Shown piece by piece: positions 13,096-28,717 of a stretch of 64,000 nucleotides of DNA (positions are counted from its first letter, which is position 1; each line of letters begins with the position of its first letter). Location: NCBI GenBank assembly GCA_004022145.1, contig RCNU01000001.1. One strand, 5' to 3'. The position numbers were made by a program, and so were the translations under genes. The notes under the pieces are model-generated. The model did no database searches, was not told the DNA's origin, and saw nothing but the letters and a program-made list of their open reading frames with translations. This DNA comes from Paecilomyces variotii. Its lineage: Eukaryota.

Positions 13096-14194
13096 CCACA
13101 GTTATTCGCTGCGGCAACCATTGGATGGCCTGATGACTCTTCTTCCGTTTTGTGTCCAGTTTCCTTAGCGTGTGTAATTCATGGAGCAAGCGAGCTTTTC
13201 AGTGATTCCCCAAGGCCCTGAATTCTGTTTCCAGCGTGGTATTTCTAGGCACCTTCGCTCTTGGGCAAGCATGTCTACTGTACTATCTTCCCTCTCGACA
13301 CGATCAGCGCACAACCATGATATCTGTTTGCTCATGAACCTCCTTGCTATATACATATACTTCTTTCTTCCTACGGTCATTTACTCGAACCTTGCCCGTG
13401 GACATGTCATATTTGTTTTCCTATGTTTCTATTTCCCCCTCTGAGACGGGATTTCTAGTAGTGCAGAATTACCCGATCTGCACTGCACTCTGCATCTTTT
13501 TTTGTTACCTTCCCAAGATGTTGTGTTAAACCCAGCATCATTGCAATGGGCGGCTTTGGCTTTCTTCATCTTCTCTGTCTATATAGTAACGATCTCTCAT
13601 GTGGACCCTTTGTTGTGTTTTTCCTTTCTTTGTGCGTTGGACGCATATTCATCTCCACAAATACCCTTAGGTGATAACCCGGAGAGCGGCAGACAAATAG
13701 AGTTGTTTAATGACGCAGTTCAAAAAAAAGTTCTTGTCTGGTTTTCTAATATCCCTGGTAATTTATATTTGACCCAGAATATAAATCAAATGGTTTGTTC
13801 TATAGATCCCATTGTCTGGAAGAGGAAGCTGGCGCGCGGTTACAGCGGAAACAAGAGAAATTAATAGTATAATCCCATTATTATTTATTAACCGTTAACA
13901 GTGTGTGCTCTTGTCGATCATTAAGTTATACTTCTTCTCGAGAACTTCTAGACCGATCAACATTCTTCCATATCGCTGATGCCGAGAGGCAGCCAAACAG
14001 GACAAACATCCCTACACGCCGACAGAGGAACGACGATAACTAATTTCCTGCTCTTCCGGAGAAGATCTCCAGGAGCCACCAGTCAAGACGCGCAATCCTC
14101 TCAAATATCGAGAGCCATTGGGAATTACTACGCGCAACTAGATCTGTCGAAAAAAACTAACAATAACCAACTGGCTCCGATATTCCATTCCAAG

Positions 14195-15463
14195 ATGACA
14201 ACAACGCCTCCCTCTCCCTCCCCTCCGCGCCCTGGCTCCTCCGCTTCCTCCGCAGCGACCATGACAACGACGACTACCGGTGCGCACCACAGTCAATCGC
14301 AGACCTCGTCGCCAGTGTCAGGGCCAGTACAGAAGCCTTCCCCCCCTCCAGTGGATATTCTACCCATCCCGGCTGCGCAGACATATGCGCACGTCCACCC
14401 GGCGCTGCTGCTGGCGCTCTACGCGCTCCGGTTCCCGTCTATGATGGCAGATCCTGTGTCAGAGATGATTACCCAGGTGCCCCTGCTGGCAGTGGCACAG
14501 GTTGTATATGTGGTCACTTGTCTTCCTGCCAAGGGCACGATTGTGACTTCAACTGTGACAGCGGCTGGTGAAGGCGGAGTTGAAGGCACGGAAAGGAGAG
14601 CTGTTTCCGGAACACATGGACCTGCGGGAACAGGTGTTGTTAAGTCTGGGAAAGTGGGATATCGGCGGAAGCATCATGGACATGGAAAGGGAGATGGTAT
14701 TGGGTCGAGATTGACGGTATGTTTCTTCTTTCTATTTACCTCTGACTCGTTTGTTTTATCGGGAGCTACTCCCGCTAGATGTGCAAGAAAGCAAGACGAT
14801 GAAGATGAACAACCTATAACTTCAATTCGCGATTTACAACAAGAAAAAAAAAAAACCACTAACTCTATGAACAAATACAGGCTGCTCTCCTCTCCCTAAC
14901 CCTCACCTTCCTCCTGGGAACACCCGTCCTCGCAATTCTTCTCGTGCTGTTCGGCGGCCCATTGACCACCCATTCTCCGCACACCATCCTCTGCGCAATG
15001 CACATGTCCCTCCTCTCCTCAACGGCGCTCATCTATGTCTACGGTGTCGACGGCGCCGTCTGGAAAGAAGTCTACGCATTCGCAAGACCAGCAGATGCAG
15101 TCTGGGGCGGAGCTCTAGGTACCGGCGTAGGCGCCTGGTTGGGCGCCATCCCTATCCCATTAGATTGGTATGTTATTTATTTATTATCTTTCCCTCACTA
15201 GACTTCTCTATTTTTATTTTTTTTTTTTCATTTTATTTTATTTTATTTTATTTTATTTTTTTTTCTTTCGGGATATTCCTTTCTAACAACTCTATTTACC
15301 CAATTCTAGGGACCGCCCCTGGCAAGCCTACCCGATCACGATCCTCACCGGTGCGTATATCGGCTTCGCAGTCGGATCGCTCATCAGTCGGACACCTCTA
15401 CTCTATGGAAAGCGATTATCATTCACAGCGCCCGAGGAGGAGCAGCATGAAAAGTCGAACTGA
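14195..15463 (+). CDS. GPI11: GPI anchor biosynthesis protein PIG-F/Gpi11, 3 exons
   Basis: Spliced C-terminus contains LFGGPL...GAWLGAIPIPLDW|DRPWQAYPITILTGAYIG, the PIG-F signature; several hydrophobic helices. Confidence 0.92.
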
Positions 15464-16798
15464 AAGTAGATTCTAAACATGCATTTTCCTGTTATTTCTC
15501 AAAATGAAACCTGAAAAAAGGAAAGACGCCTTTTCCTTTTAATACCCATCATCCGTCGGAAATGGAATAATAACTAGAGAGAGAAAGAAGGAAGGAAGGA
15601 AGCGTTATTTCTCCTCAGATGAACGACCGGAGGTTGGTCTTGAGGCTGCCCGTTTTTTTATAGTTGTCTCTATATCCCTACCTGTATCTGTACATAGATT
15701 TGACTTGCTTAATGGATTGAAATGTATCTTGCATCTTATGCATAGTGACTTCTTTTATTTTCTCTGAATAGGTAACCCGGAAAGAGTCGTAAATAGGCTA
15801 ACTTAAGAGATCCCCAGAACACACTAAGCTATGAACTACATGGGGAGCAAAATAGTACAAATTGAATTCATGATATCATAGACTCGTTCGTTCACATGTG
15901 TTCGAGAAAACAAAAAGATGAAAAGAAATGGGGAAATCAAAGTCATAGCTAGGGGAAGAAGGGCCATTACAATATCAAGCAATCACTGAGCAAAAACACA
16001 CCACTGACTCACCCACCCAAGATAGTGGATTGGCTGCGGCTGTGGGGCTTCTGTTTGATAACCGCTTGCGGCCAAATCTTGGAATAATCCCTCGACTCTT
16101 TGTTAGCTTTTTTTCCATTTCTTTTCCGCCGTCCCTTTTTCCCAAAGCAACCATTTCGAAAAAAGCAATGACCTAACAGGACAAGAAACAAGGCAATTCC
16201 TACAGAAGGATGATAAGGCGGTAATGAAGAGGTAGAGGCCAGGGCAAAGGGTATGAGGAAATATCAGCAAGCCCACAACAATAAAAGGCCAGAAAGACAT
16301 GGAGAGAAACCTGTGTACTCCTAACCTGGAGCATCCTCCTTTAGCAACTCGTTCAGGATCCATTTGCTAAGACAGAGGAAAAGGCTCCCTGAGAAGCAAG
16401 CTCCCAAACGGTACAACAAGGTATTAAATGGTGCTCCACACAACAGGAAAATAAGAAAATAAAAGGGGAACTCCCACGAATAGAAGAAATAACATAGAGC
16501 CTCATTAGGGTTTCCATGATAACGCCCGCACCAAAATGATCACGTGCGTTCTCATTCCAACCAATTTCCCCAAAGCAGGCAAAAAAAAAAAAATCACTCC
16601 GTGAAATAAACCGCGATAAATAGACCGAGCGAATCTAGAGAGTCTGTATTGTAGCACATCTCTTCCGTATACTCCTCTCCGAACAGGGTAGACCGTGTTA
16701 AGCTGTTGTAAGATCGATGTCTGTCTGACCGCATATCCAGGAATGAAAGTGGAAAGAGCCAGGTTCGGCTGACGGAGGCTTCGAGCAACGGTAGGCAA

Positions 16799-19700
16799 CT
16801 AGGATGCAGGAGCTGCCTCTGGTGCAGCGGCAACATCTTTCTGATCTCCGTTCTGTTCTGCAACAGGGGCGGTCGAGACCTCTTCCTTTGCCTTCGTCTC
16901 TTGCGAAGTGACAGCATCAGTTTGTTGCCGCTCCTGCTGCAGAGACCGTTTCGGAATTTCAGGTGATGGAGGCTCCTCAGGAATGACCGGGGGTGGGCCA
17001 GACAGTGGCAACGCAGAAGAAACAGGGGATTGTTGGAAGGCTTCGGGGGTTTCTCGGGGGCCTTCAGTTAAAATGTGTTTGGAACTTCTATTTTCCTTGT
17101 TTCCGTAGAATGAGTTCTGCGTAGAAACGGACTTTTCGGTGTCAGACTGCGGGGGACTCTTTGCTCGCTCCCTCTCAGCATCCCAGTCCTTCACTCCATC
17201 CTTCACCATGGAAACTTTAGCTTTGAACTTTTCGAAGAGACTCCTCTTCTCTGGCTCGGAGGCTTGAGAAGAATCTTTCAAGTTGTCAAAGCTGCTACTC
17301 ATGTCACTCGTGGCACGTACCGGGTGGGAAGACTCGCTTCCAAACTGCTGCGAGTCCACCACGGAGCCTTGCCTGAGTCGGTTGGAGCTCCCAATAGAGC
17401 TCGTGCTGAACTCTGCTCCCGCGTTGACGCCAAGCTGTGGAGGTGAACCAAAGCCCTGACCAATCTGGTCACTATTTCTCTTAGAACGATGGAATAGCCG
17501 GCTTCGTCTGTTGTCCTTCTTCTCCGTCTTCGATGCTTCATCGAGCTGGTCGAAGTCAGAATGATCGGTGAATGAGGATCGAGAATGCATGGAGGGAGTC
17601 CTGGATGGAGGCTTCAGAGTGTGGTCGGACGGCTGATGCTGATGCTGTTGATAATTATGTGTTTCATCTATAGGGGCCGAGTCCTCCGGCTTGGTCTCTT
17701 TGTTGGCCTGCTGCGTTGTTTCGCCGTGCGATGAAGCAGGTACAGCAGGTAGCCTGGTATTCGAACCAGTATTTTCATGGCTATCCGTCTGGTGGTTGAG
17801 AGACTGAGTGAGAGACTGGGCGATGAAACCAATGGTTGAGGGGTCGGCAGACATAGCGTGAAGCGAGTGAGAGGAGCTCTGTGCGCTCTCACTGGCGCTT
17901 CCCGGAATACGCTTCTTCTTCAGACGATTGGGCTGACGGGGCTCTTTCTGTTCACCAGCCGGTGGAGGCGACTTTGTGAAAAGGTTGGATAATTTTCGTT
18001 CCTTAGTGGGAGTGACAGCTGTTGGTGGTGATGACATGCCTGTGGGAAGACCAGCCTGTAGACGAGGCTTCTCAGCAGTTACTACCTTGTCTGCCGCACT
18101 CACGGGCACTGGGCCATGGGTAGAGGTATGAATATACGCAGAGGTCGGTGTTGTCGCAACAGACCCTTCGCTGCTCGCTGTGCTTTGTTTAGCGGCAGGG
18201 TTAGGAGAAGCAGCCCGACTGCTAGATCGTGAGGCCTGGTAGGATTGAACCGGAGGAGTCAAGCCAGCGGGAGTAGGTGTCGATGGCTCAGCACCCCTGC
18301 CCAGTCTGGACGGCGGCAAGGCAGGAGATTTCTTGGAGGGTACAGTATTGCTGCGGTGCATACCACCGCCCAAGGAAGTTGGAGTAGCTGGGTTAGAGGC
18401 ATTGTTCGATGTGCGGGAGTTCTTTGAAGAAACCGAGACATTCCTTCTCATAGTCTCGTATTTCCGCAGGCTTTCGGCTCCACCACTAGCGCTAGAAACC
18501 GATCGCCTGACAGTCGAGTGTGATGGCTTGGGGGCCAGACCGGATTCCACATCTTTGACCGTCTGTTCATCTGCAGCGGTTCCGTTCATTCCGAATAAGA
18601 AGTGGTCCTGGTTCTCGATCAGGAAGATGAGGATATCTTGGCTGAGCTTGTATTCCTGCGGCGCCATATCGTGCTGTGGATGCGACAGCAGACCGGGCTG
18701 AAAGATCGCCGACAGGTTGGCAGAAGTCATGCGGTTCTGCTCTGACTTGGACGCGAAAACAGCCAGTAGATCCAGAATGTAGAGAAGCAGCTGCTTGTTA
18801 AGCGGAGGCAGCTCTCTGATCAATTGTTGATATGTAGCTACCGCCTTATCGTGATCAAAGTCGCCAGTGTCGTACTCCGCAGCCTCGATATCACCAACCG
18901 CCTGAGCTTGATGATTCCGCAGTGGTTCCCTGAAACGTTCGTAAAACTCCAGAGGGACGATAGGTTCGGGCAGCTGGTTGAGATAACGACGGAGAATATT
19001 GGCGGCATCGTGTACCGTATATCCGGTCCAGTCTAGTCCTTTTCCGTACCGTTCCGGGGAATCGAAAATCTCTTGGAGATCCTTGATACGTTTTGCAGAA
19101 CCGTTCAGGCGGAAAATACCTTCGACATCGGTGGCTGAGTTCGAGATGTCAGATCTGTGCGATGGAGTTGTATGGAAGAGCGGGTGTGCTCACCTTTCTC
19201 CTTCAAATAAACTCCACACTTAGCCACCACTATAGGAACGTATCCGTAGATAAAGCTCTCTCCATGGTCGTTCGTCAAGGAAATGGCGACATTTGCATAT
19301 TTGATGCTCACGTTAAGCGGGACTCCGAATATCCCACGAGGTTGAACTGCCACCAGGAAAGTTAGTCTCCTGCTGCACAACAGATATATAAAGCATGCAG
19401 GCAACCAAGTACACGAGACAGAATGAAAAACCAAGCATCATTATCGGGTTGGGACAACAGTCGCAAAGAGGGATGGGCACTCCGCAAGTTCTTTGTACGC
19501 GATGAACGGGGTGGGTGTAGCGCGGGGTCGGATGGAACGCCATCGTTGAACATGGCTCGCATCCGCGTCTATTGAAGAGATATTCATTGAGATCAACGGA
19601 TGGGGATAAGGTCAAGAGTGAACGCTAGCGCAGTTACATGACGGAACTGATCGGGAATGGTGCAGTAGAAACAGCAGCAGCAAGCACGAAATGACCATGT

Positions 19701-19897
19701 CAATGGGGACCCAGGAGCCTACCTTTTTCCTCCTCCTTTTTTGCGTTTCGCTTGAACTGCCTCCACCATGATGCTAGGTCCCTCTTGGATGGCGGAGAGG
19801 GTGCGACTGGGTTGGACGAGGGAGGATGAGCATCTCTCAGCTGAAGCTGCTGGACTTGCGCCGGATGCGACATCTGGTGCGAGTCACCCGTTGTCAT
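16799..19897 (-). CDS. Rho GTPase-activating protein (Sac7/Bag7-like), 3 exons, with a long disordered C-terminal tail
   Basis: GIFGVPL...YGYVPIVVAKCGVYLKEK|ATDVEGIFRLNGSAKRI (arginine finger), NRMTSANLSAIFQPGLL. Exons approximately 19897-19722, 19346-19194 and 19134-16799. Confidence 0.92.
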
Positions 19898-21885
19898 CGT
19901 ATAACCGGGGCAGCTGATCGATAAGCCCAGAGAAGGGCGGGTTGCAGGTGTGTTCTTAACGATCGAAGAGGCAGAGTATCGGTTAAAGGCCCTCTGGTGT
20001 TCTTGTCGGTTTTCTCGCAGTCAGGTCGTGCAGGTCTGGGGAGGCTGGCCGGTTGCAGTCCCAAAATAGCACGGGAGCTAGGCAGCGGTAGAGAGCCGCG
20101 CCTGGACTGCGGCAACGAAGGTGGAGTTAAGCGAGGGAAGCGATGACGGTGCGATCAATCACGATTAAATGCGCATCCAGAGGGGCTAAAGGGGATAGGG
20201 ACGGATTGGGCGGTGCGACTGCGATGCAGGCGAAGAGTTGTTGCGGGGGGAGAGATGCTGGAGTGGATGGAAGGGCGACGGCAGGCAGTCTGTCACAGAA
20301 GCCGGGCTGTGAAGAGTTGAACTGAGGTGCCCGGCAAGACCGTTAGAAAGATGGTCACCGCAGACAGGCGTTGAACAAAGGGCTGCGCCAGAACAAAAAC
20401 AACAGCATTCATCAAGGATCGCCAGTAGTACGTAGATAGTAGATAGTAGTGTGATGGAGAAAGTTGGATTAAAGAGATCTGGAATCTGAGATTGAAATGA
20501 AGGACGAGGATCGTCCGCTACTTCAAGTGGCCGCCTATCTGGGGCTTCTCTCTTGTCTAGAACTCTGGGGAGTTTCCTACCTAGGTACGCAGACGGAACG
20601 CTGCCGGGTCGCCCAGCCGGTGCCCCTCAGCAAGGCCCCAACGGTGCCTGGCAGCCAGACGATCAGACAAATAATTATTAGATGCGACCGTTGTTCCAGC
20701 AGACTATTCTTGCTTGCGTCTCTGGTTCTCTCCACTTGCGAACGGCGTCCTCGTCATGATCCTCGGGATGTGGTGAGCCTCGTTCGAAAAATACTTTTTG
20801 CTCTAGTGATAATGACGGTGGAGATGGCCCAGGACCCGTATACATTCCCGCCAGGGTCTTTGCCTTTGCCCTTTCAACGTCTACGGCACCATGGAATCCT
20901 GTGTGTTTCCGTAGCTCATCTTTCAGGAGTCTCCTTTCAATTTCCCTTCTGCCTTCTATTCCGCTCCGTCCTCCACGAGCAACCCATGGTTCCTCAAATC
21001 ATCCGGTCGTGCAGGCAGTTCCAGACATAGAGACTGTACTAACTAGTACTGGTCAATATTATTATTTTCCACCCGTCTAGTTACCTAGTGTCTCGTTTAC
21101 TCTACACACTGGCCACTACCGTGCCCGAGCCGCATTTCAATGTGGAGGGCAAGATAGAGATCGGGTTGGGTCTACAAGTAAGCTAGTCCAGGAACATCCT
21201 CGCTTAATCTGTCGGCGTTCGCTCCTTAAGTACCAGGAATACATCCATCACTCCAGTGGCTGCTCTTTTCTATGATCCCAGGGTTCTGGAATTCAAGCTT
21301 TGCCTTGCTGGGCATGTCCATCGAGACACCTTACTAGTATCTCCAGGTCAGCAGCAAGACCATCATCCGTAATGACTGCAGTGTAGACTACCCCCTGACC
21401 GCTGTACCGACCCTCTCCACCAGTCATACCCAACAAGTAGTGACTCATTGAGCAGTTGCTGACACCAACAAACACGGCTGGAACCGAGAAGGGTCGAATG
21501 GAGGGAAACAACAATCTGGAAAATCTTCTTCAAGGTGAGCACCTTGTCTTTGGAGGTGTTCCTTGCCCTAAAACACGGAACTATGCTCTCGAGGAGGCTG
21601 TACCCATGCATCGTAGAGACAGAGAGAAGCATCCCCCATCAGCCTGGCTTTCTCTGCTTTAATGTCTCATATTATGAGCGGAAGTCTTGTTCAGGATGCC
21701 GCAGGGACCAGTTGTTGCACACGTGACTTCACGTGACCGTGGCCCATGAAGAGCTTGCGGAGGAAGCTCTGTCTTGAGCTGCGGACACCAAGACAGCGTC
21801 AATTGGGTGGCCGTGCAAAGAACACCATTGTCCTATCCACCACAACTTGGAACTGAAGCATCCTCGTCCTGTACCATTTACCACA

Positions 21886-22402
21886 ATGGATGCGTAAGTA
21901 ATCGTTCCCTCCATCCTTCTGGTTGGCCTTCTGGTTGGACAATGCTGATGGTGAAATAGCCTCAACGCCTCGGAGCAGCGCGAGCTTGCATCTCGCATGG
22001 AGAAGAAGCAGATGAAGGAGTTCATGACTGTATGCTGGCTGACGTCCCTTTTTTCCTATCGACCCTTTTCATCTCCCCCTCTCAATCGATTCAGACTTCG
22101 TCGCTGTCTCTTCGTTTCCCGTCATCTCCGACTTTACCGGGGACTCGAAGAACACATTGCAAATAATCGATCAACACTTGCTGATACAACCTCTTTTTTT
22201 TCTCTAGATGTACTCCAGACTCGTCCAGCGTTGCTTCGACGACTGCGTCAATGACTTCACTACCAAGTCGCTCGTCTCCCGTGAGGAGAGCTGCGTCCTT
22301 CGCTGCGTCGACAAGCACCTCAAGAGTTCCGCCCGACTGGGCGAGCGCTTCCAGGAGCAGAACGCTGCCATGATGCAGGGCGGTCAGCTCCCTGGCCGGT
22401 AA
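21886..22402 (+). CDS. TIM9: Mitochondrial intermembrane-space small TIM chaperone Tim9, 3 exons (21886-21893, 21960-22029, 22208-22402)
   Basis: [48 protein letters not shown]...CVLRCVDK, a twin CX3C motif typical of Tim9. Confidence 0.95.
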
Positions 22403-23461
22403 ACGGCTTCTCCTCACATTCCAAAAAGGCCCGTCCATCAATGTTTGGCTAGTCAATGGTTTTTTTTTTCCATTTCCAAAACTTCGGCAACGCGTACGAT
22501 AGACAACCGGTCTTAACCCCCATTTCTTGACACCCCAATCAATGATCTGATGCTTCAGGTTTGACGATCGTGAAGTCATGCTCCTCCCAGAGAGTCAGGA
22601 TAAAGAAGAAGAGTCAGGACGGCTTACGCAGTCCTTTTCTGTCTTTCATGTGTACAGTAGAAATTAGTGGTATTTTGAGGATACGAGCACGGCTTTGGCC
22701 GCGGTGCTCGCTGGTCGCAGGCATTCTGGGCGTCAGGAAGGTTGAACTGATGTTATGTTATTTCTATGATCGCAATCAATCTTCCCTTGCCTGGTCCCTT
22801 CGGATCGATTTTGCATGGCTGCGTCTCAGCGATAATAATAATAATAAGTGCTCTGCCCTGTATCAGTCGCCAAATAAAGTAGGTGTCGGCGAACCTAGAA
22901 GGGCTTAGGTGATCGGGCTTGTGATTTCTAATCTTCCGGATCAAACTATAGACTCTAGTCCCGTGCCGGCCTAGTTTCGGAGACTTAATCCTCACCGCCC
23001 AGGCATCACTCGAATACTCTATATGCGAAGTTAATAATGATACTAAGAATCAACCCTCGAAGAATCAGAGGTTGCGTAGCGTCATTATCTACTCTAATGC
23101 TATCCTGTCTATTATTCTCCTTATCTTCGTCCTGCGATGATGCCCTCAGCTGAGGTCCTTGATTCTCATAACTCTATGGGGATAGTAAATGGCGAAATCA
23201 AGGCCGGAAAACGTTACTCGTTTTGTCACGAAGAAGCGATGGAAGCCTTCTTGCTGGCCCAGCGATGGTAGATAGCGCTCTAGATAGTTAGGATATGATA
23301 CGATTTACAGTAGCGCCTTCTGGTATATGTAGTAGTACTGAGCTTTATTCGAGATCTTTCTCCCAATCCGTGCGAAAGCGTGACGCCCAGACGATAGATG
23401 ACGCCCAGACGAGAAATGACGACGAATCGCCGTCAAACCCCGCTGCCAATCTCCGAAGGCA

Positions 23462-24049
23462 TCAGTCTGCTTAATCAGCAGTCAGATAGATTGACCTTCT
23501 CCGATGTCTATCGTTCCCTTGGATTCTGCGGACTGTGAGGGGAAGTTTGGACCGAATGTATGGCGTGTGTACTCTGCGGTAGTGATCTGTCCACCGTCTT
23601 CTGGCAGCGATGCGCTTTTTGTATGATTCCAATGGCCATGACGCCCGCCCCTCACCCCACCCCACCCGAGGCGCGCTCTTCTTCCCCTCCCCCCTCCTCG
23701 ATACTCCTCGCGCTCTCCTCATCCCCTCCACAACGGATCCGACTTCCTGTCGGCTTCAGTCTGCTTAATCAGCAGTCAGATAGATTGACCTTCTCCGATG
23801 TCTATCGTTCCCTTGGATTCTGCGGACTGTGAGGGGAAGTTTGGACCGAATGTATGGCGTGTGTACTCTGCGGTAGTGATCTGTCCACCGTCTTCTGGCA
23901 GCGATGCGCTTTTTGTATGATTCCAATGGCCATGACGCCCGCCCCTCACCCCACCCCACCCGAGGCGCGCTCTTCTTCCCCTCCCCCCTCCTCGATACTC
24001 CTCGCGCTCTCCTCATCCCCTCCACAACGGATCCGACTTCCTGTCGGCT
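23462..24049. repeat. Exact 294-bp direct tandem duplication (23462-23755, 23756-24049) in the promoter of the formaldehyde dehydrogenase gene
   Basis: The two copies read identically base by base; the ORF track shows identical translations offset by 294 nt. Confidence 0.97.
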
Positions 24050-24207
24050 TTTGACGGCTAGAGTGGATTTATAAGAGTGTCCTCTTGAGGTTCAAAGCGC
24101 TACTTTAGTTTTTTCTTCTTTCCATATATTATAATCCCCGTTCCCCCCTCTCCAGTCAGCAACTTGTATATCTCCATCCTTGGTCAAGATAGTCCTCCAG
24201 AAGCAAA

Positions 24208-25722
<1,515 letters not shown>

Positions 25723-26679
25723 TCGGTTACGCCCCGGAATTCAAATAATATGGAAGTGATCCACATAACTGGATATTCCTCTTAAATGAAAGCTCCTGCC
25801 AGGCTTCCATCGTATGGAGAATAACGTGAATCTCATGAGAAGTCCGTGGCTCTTCGGTAGTGCAACTGATCCGTTGCACTGGGATGGATCATCAGGGAAG
25901 GAGTTGCCGCTCATGCGGAAGCCGCAAGCCATGGCCTCCTATATAATGATTCCTGTTGCCAAACAGCTTGTGTAACTAGGGTGAAAAGTCGACTCACTTG
26001 AGGGGTGTCTGAAGTGAGATATTTAACGTTGACTAGAAATGATAAAAATGAAGTTCGGTGCATCATGCAATGTCTTCTTTCGATGTAAAATTCTCCATCT
26101 TCTGAAGGCGATACCCTTGTATGAGTTTCCCTTGAAAGCAATTGCAGTAGACGTAACATGAAACTGGATGCAGAGGGAGGATGAGCCCGCTTTTATGTCT
26201 GTCTGTCATCCCCAGGGTCCTCATGAGGTAACTGCAACCCTCCAACTTAGTGCATGGATCAGGCATTGCATACGCGCGGCAAAGAGCATATTTTCTTCTC
26301 TATAGACAAGATTAAAGCACTTCAAGATAACTCTATCTGTGGAATCCTGTAAGCTTTAACCATGTAGAGCGCGATTGCACCGTTGAGGTGGGTGGCAGAG
26401 GTATGTAGGTAGGGGGGAAGCTACAATTTCCCCACTTCCAAGTTCGAAACTTCCGATATGGGACGTTCTGTTCTGTTGCTATCCTTCGGCTCAAAGTTGC
26501 TTCCCAACAGCTGAGACAGTGCCGCTAAAAGTTGAATTTGAAAGGGGAACTGGTAGCAACCGGGGAGTACGCGAGTAATGTGAAGACGTATACCACAATC
26601 AGCAAGTTCATTTTTTTTTGTATTATCATAGTCCCTATTTAGTCGGATAGGATCACCCGTTCTCGCAGAGTGCTATAAT

Positions 26680-27677
26680 TCAAGCATTCTCTCTCCTCTT
26701 CTTCGCATCAGCCTGAATCCACTCCTCAGCCTTAACTTTCCAGCTATCCTCCCACCGAGACAGCGGCGGTCTATCTTCGATCACATCATCAGCAGCCCAT
26801 CTCATCCTAGCCTGGTCGAGAGCCCTATCCGTTTCTCCATCAGGACAGAGGATGTAGAAGGAATTCTTTTCAAAAGCCTTGCTGAAATAATCAGCAACCT
26901 GGCTAGGGTACCAGGCACCTGCTGGTTTCTTGACCTCTTCATCTTTCGTCGGGCCAACGTTCCCCATCAGGCCGGTGTATGCCCAGCCTGGGATTAGCAG
27001 GTGTACTGATATGTGAGATGTCTCTGGTGAAGCTCGTAGGTCGTATGCGAGGTGTTCTGCGATGTGCTTCACGGTGGCTTTGGATGCGTTGTATGCAGGG
27101 TTAGCTGCGCCGGGAGGGTTGGTGATTCCCTGTTTGGATCCGGTAAGGACGATGGACTTTGGTGATTTGTTCCCCGATGAGGTCAGGATAGGAAGGAAGG
27201 CGGCAATTCCGTTCAGGTAGCCATAGACGTTGGTGTTCAGAGTCTTAGGTGACGGTGTTAATATTCGCTAGTGCAGTAGATATGAAAAGACGAAAAAAAG
27301 GGGGGGCACTGTACCTTATTCCAGTAATCAAGATCTTCCCAAGCCTTTAATCTCCCTCCTTCCTGCTGACCAGCTGCTTTGAAACTCTTCCCAGCATTCA
27401 AAATCAACAGATCCACTTCTCCAAATGTCCCGGTCACCTTCTTCACGAGGTCCGCCCAAGCAGCCTTATCGGTCACATCCATCGCATATATCTCCGTCTT
27501 CAGACTCGAATTCAAACCCACCAAGACATCCTTGGCTTTGTTCAAGCTGGTAGTATCAAGATCGACTAGAGCAAGGTTCAGACCCTTCTCCCGGAGAAGT
27601 TTAGCGATTGCGAAACCAACGCCAGAGGCGGCGCCGGTGATGACAGCGGTACTTCCTTGACGTAGTGCAGCAGGCAT
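26680..27677 (-). CDS. Short-chain dehydrogenase/reductase, 2 exons (intron 27244-27314)
   Basis: TGAASGVG NAD(P)-binding motif, LILNAG, TGSKQG, catalytic YNASK. Confidence 0.92.
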
Positions 27678-28717
27678 TATGTCTCAATTAGCGAATGTCT
27701 GACTGAATAATTTTCTGTTCCTTTGAGCTGGTGAGAAGCTCGACAAGTTCTTGTTATGAAGATGACGGAGCCGGGTCTGCTTGATACATTTATATCTCGG
27801 CGTTTAGCGGTGATAAGAGGTCTCTCAGCCCCGCGCTGACTGTACGACTTAAGCGACTCTGACAAACACTCGAAGCCCTTCACTGTGAGCTGTCGAACGC
27901 TCTGGATAAGACACTGTTGATTCTGAGCCTCTTAAGAGTGTTTGTTTTCTTTTTGTTGACACGCGGTTTCTCACAGTCTCAAAAGCTTGTAGCACCCTTC
28001 AGTGCCTCGGAGAGCTACAATACGCTTCCACCAACTGTTACAAAGCTAGACAACGGCCAAACTTCTGCCTTTTAATTGAATACCCAGCTTGTCTAACTAT
28101 AGGGCTGATCAGTTCTTCGCTCAAGGAGCAGACATACTGATAACTAAGGGTGGCCTGGCGATAACTATCCACCAAGAGCATAGTTGACTAACTTGAGTAA
28201 ACCGTAAATAGATAGATACCTTTAACTACTATGCGGAGAACCAAAAAGACGATATCGAACAGCAAATCAGCATTTCCAGATCACCGCCTGGGCAACAGTG
28301 AGGAGAAATCCTCTTCTAGGTTATCTTGGAGATCTTATTCGTGGGATTATCCACTAAACGCCTATGATCTCATGTGCGGGCATTCCCCGGATATACCCCA
28401 AAAGGTCCACCACTCCATGCGGGGTAGAACCTTCGATTCAGACCTCCTTGGATCTTCCGGGGCATCCAGGTCAGATTGTCTTAACATTTGGAATCGGACC
28501 TTGCGATGTGAGGTTGAATTTATCCAGATTAGCCGTGCAGTCATGCCATTCGTTTGTCTAACATAGGTGCAATGCCAATCTTTGATGGAGAGATCAATTT
28601 AGGCAAACAATGTCAAAGAAGAGCAAATATAGTGAGTCCTGCTTGATCACGTATATAAGGTAGACTAGGGGAACCGGTTGTCTTTGGTAGATTAGAATCG
28701 GTCGTAGTATCTAGCAA

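Noticed and set aside
23471..24054. Duplicated 86-90 aa ORFs within the 294-bp repeat
   Set aside because: Promoter-like pyrimidine-rich DNA with no recognisable protein features; the ORFs repeat only because the DNA is duplicated.
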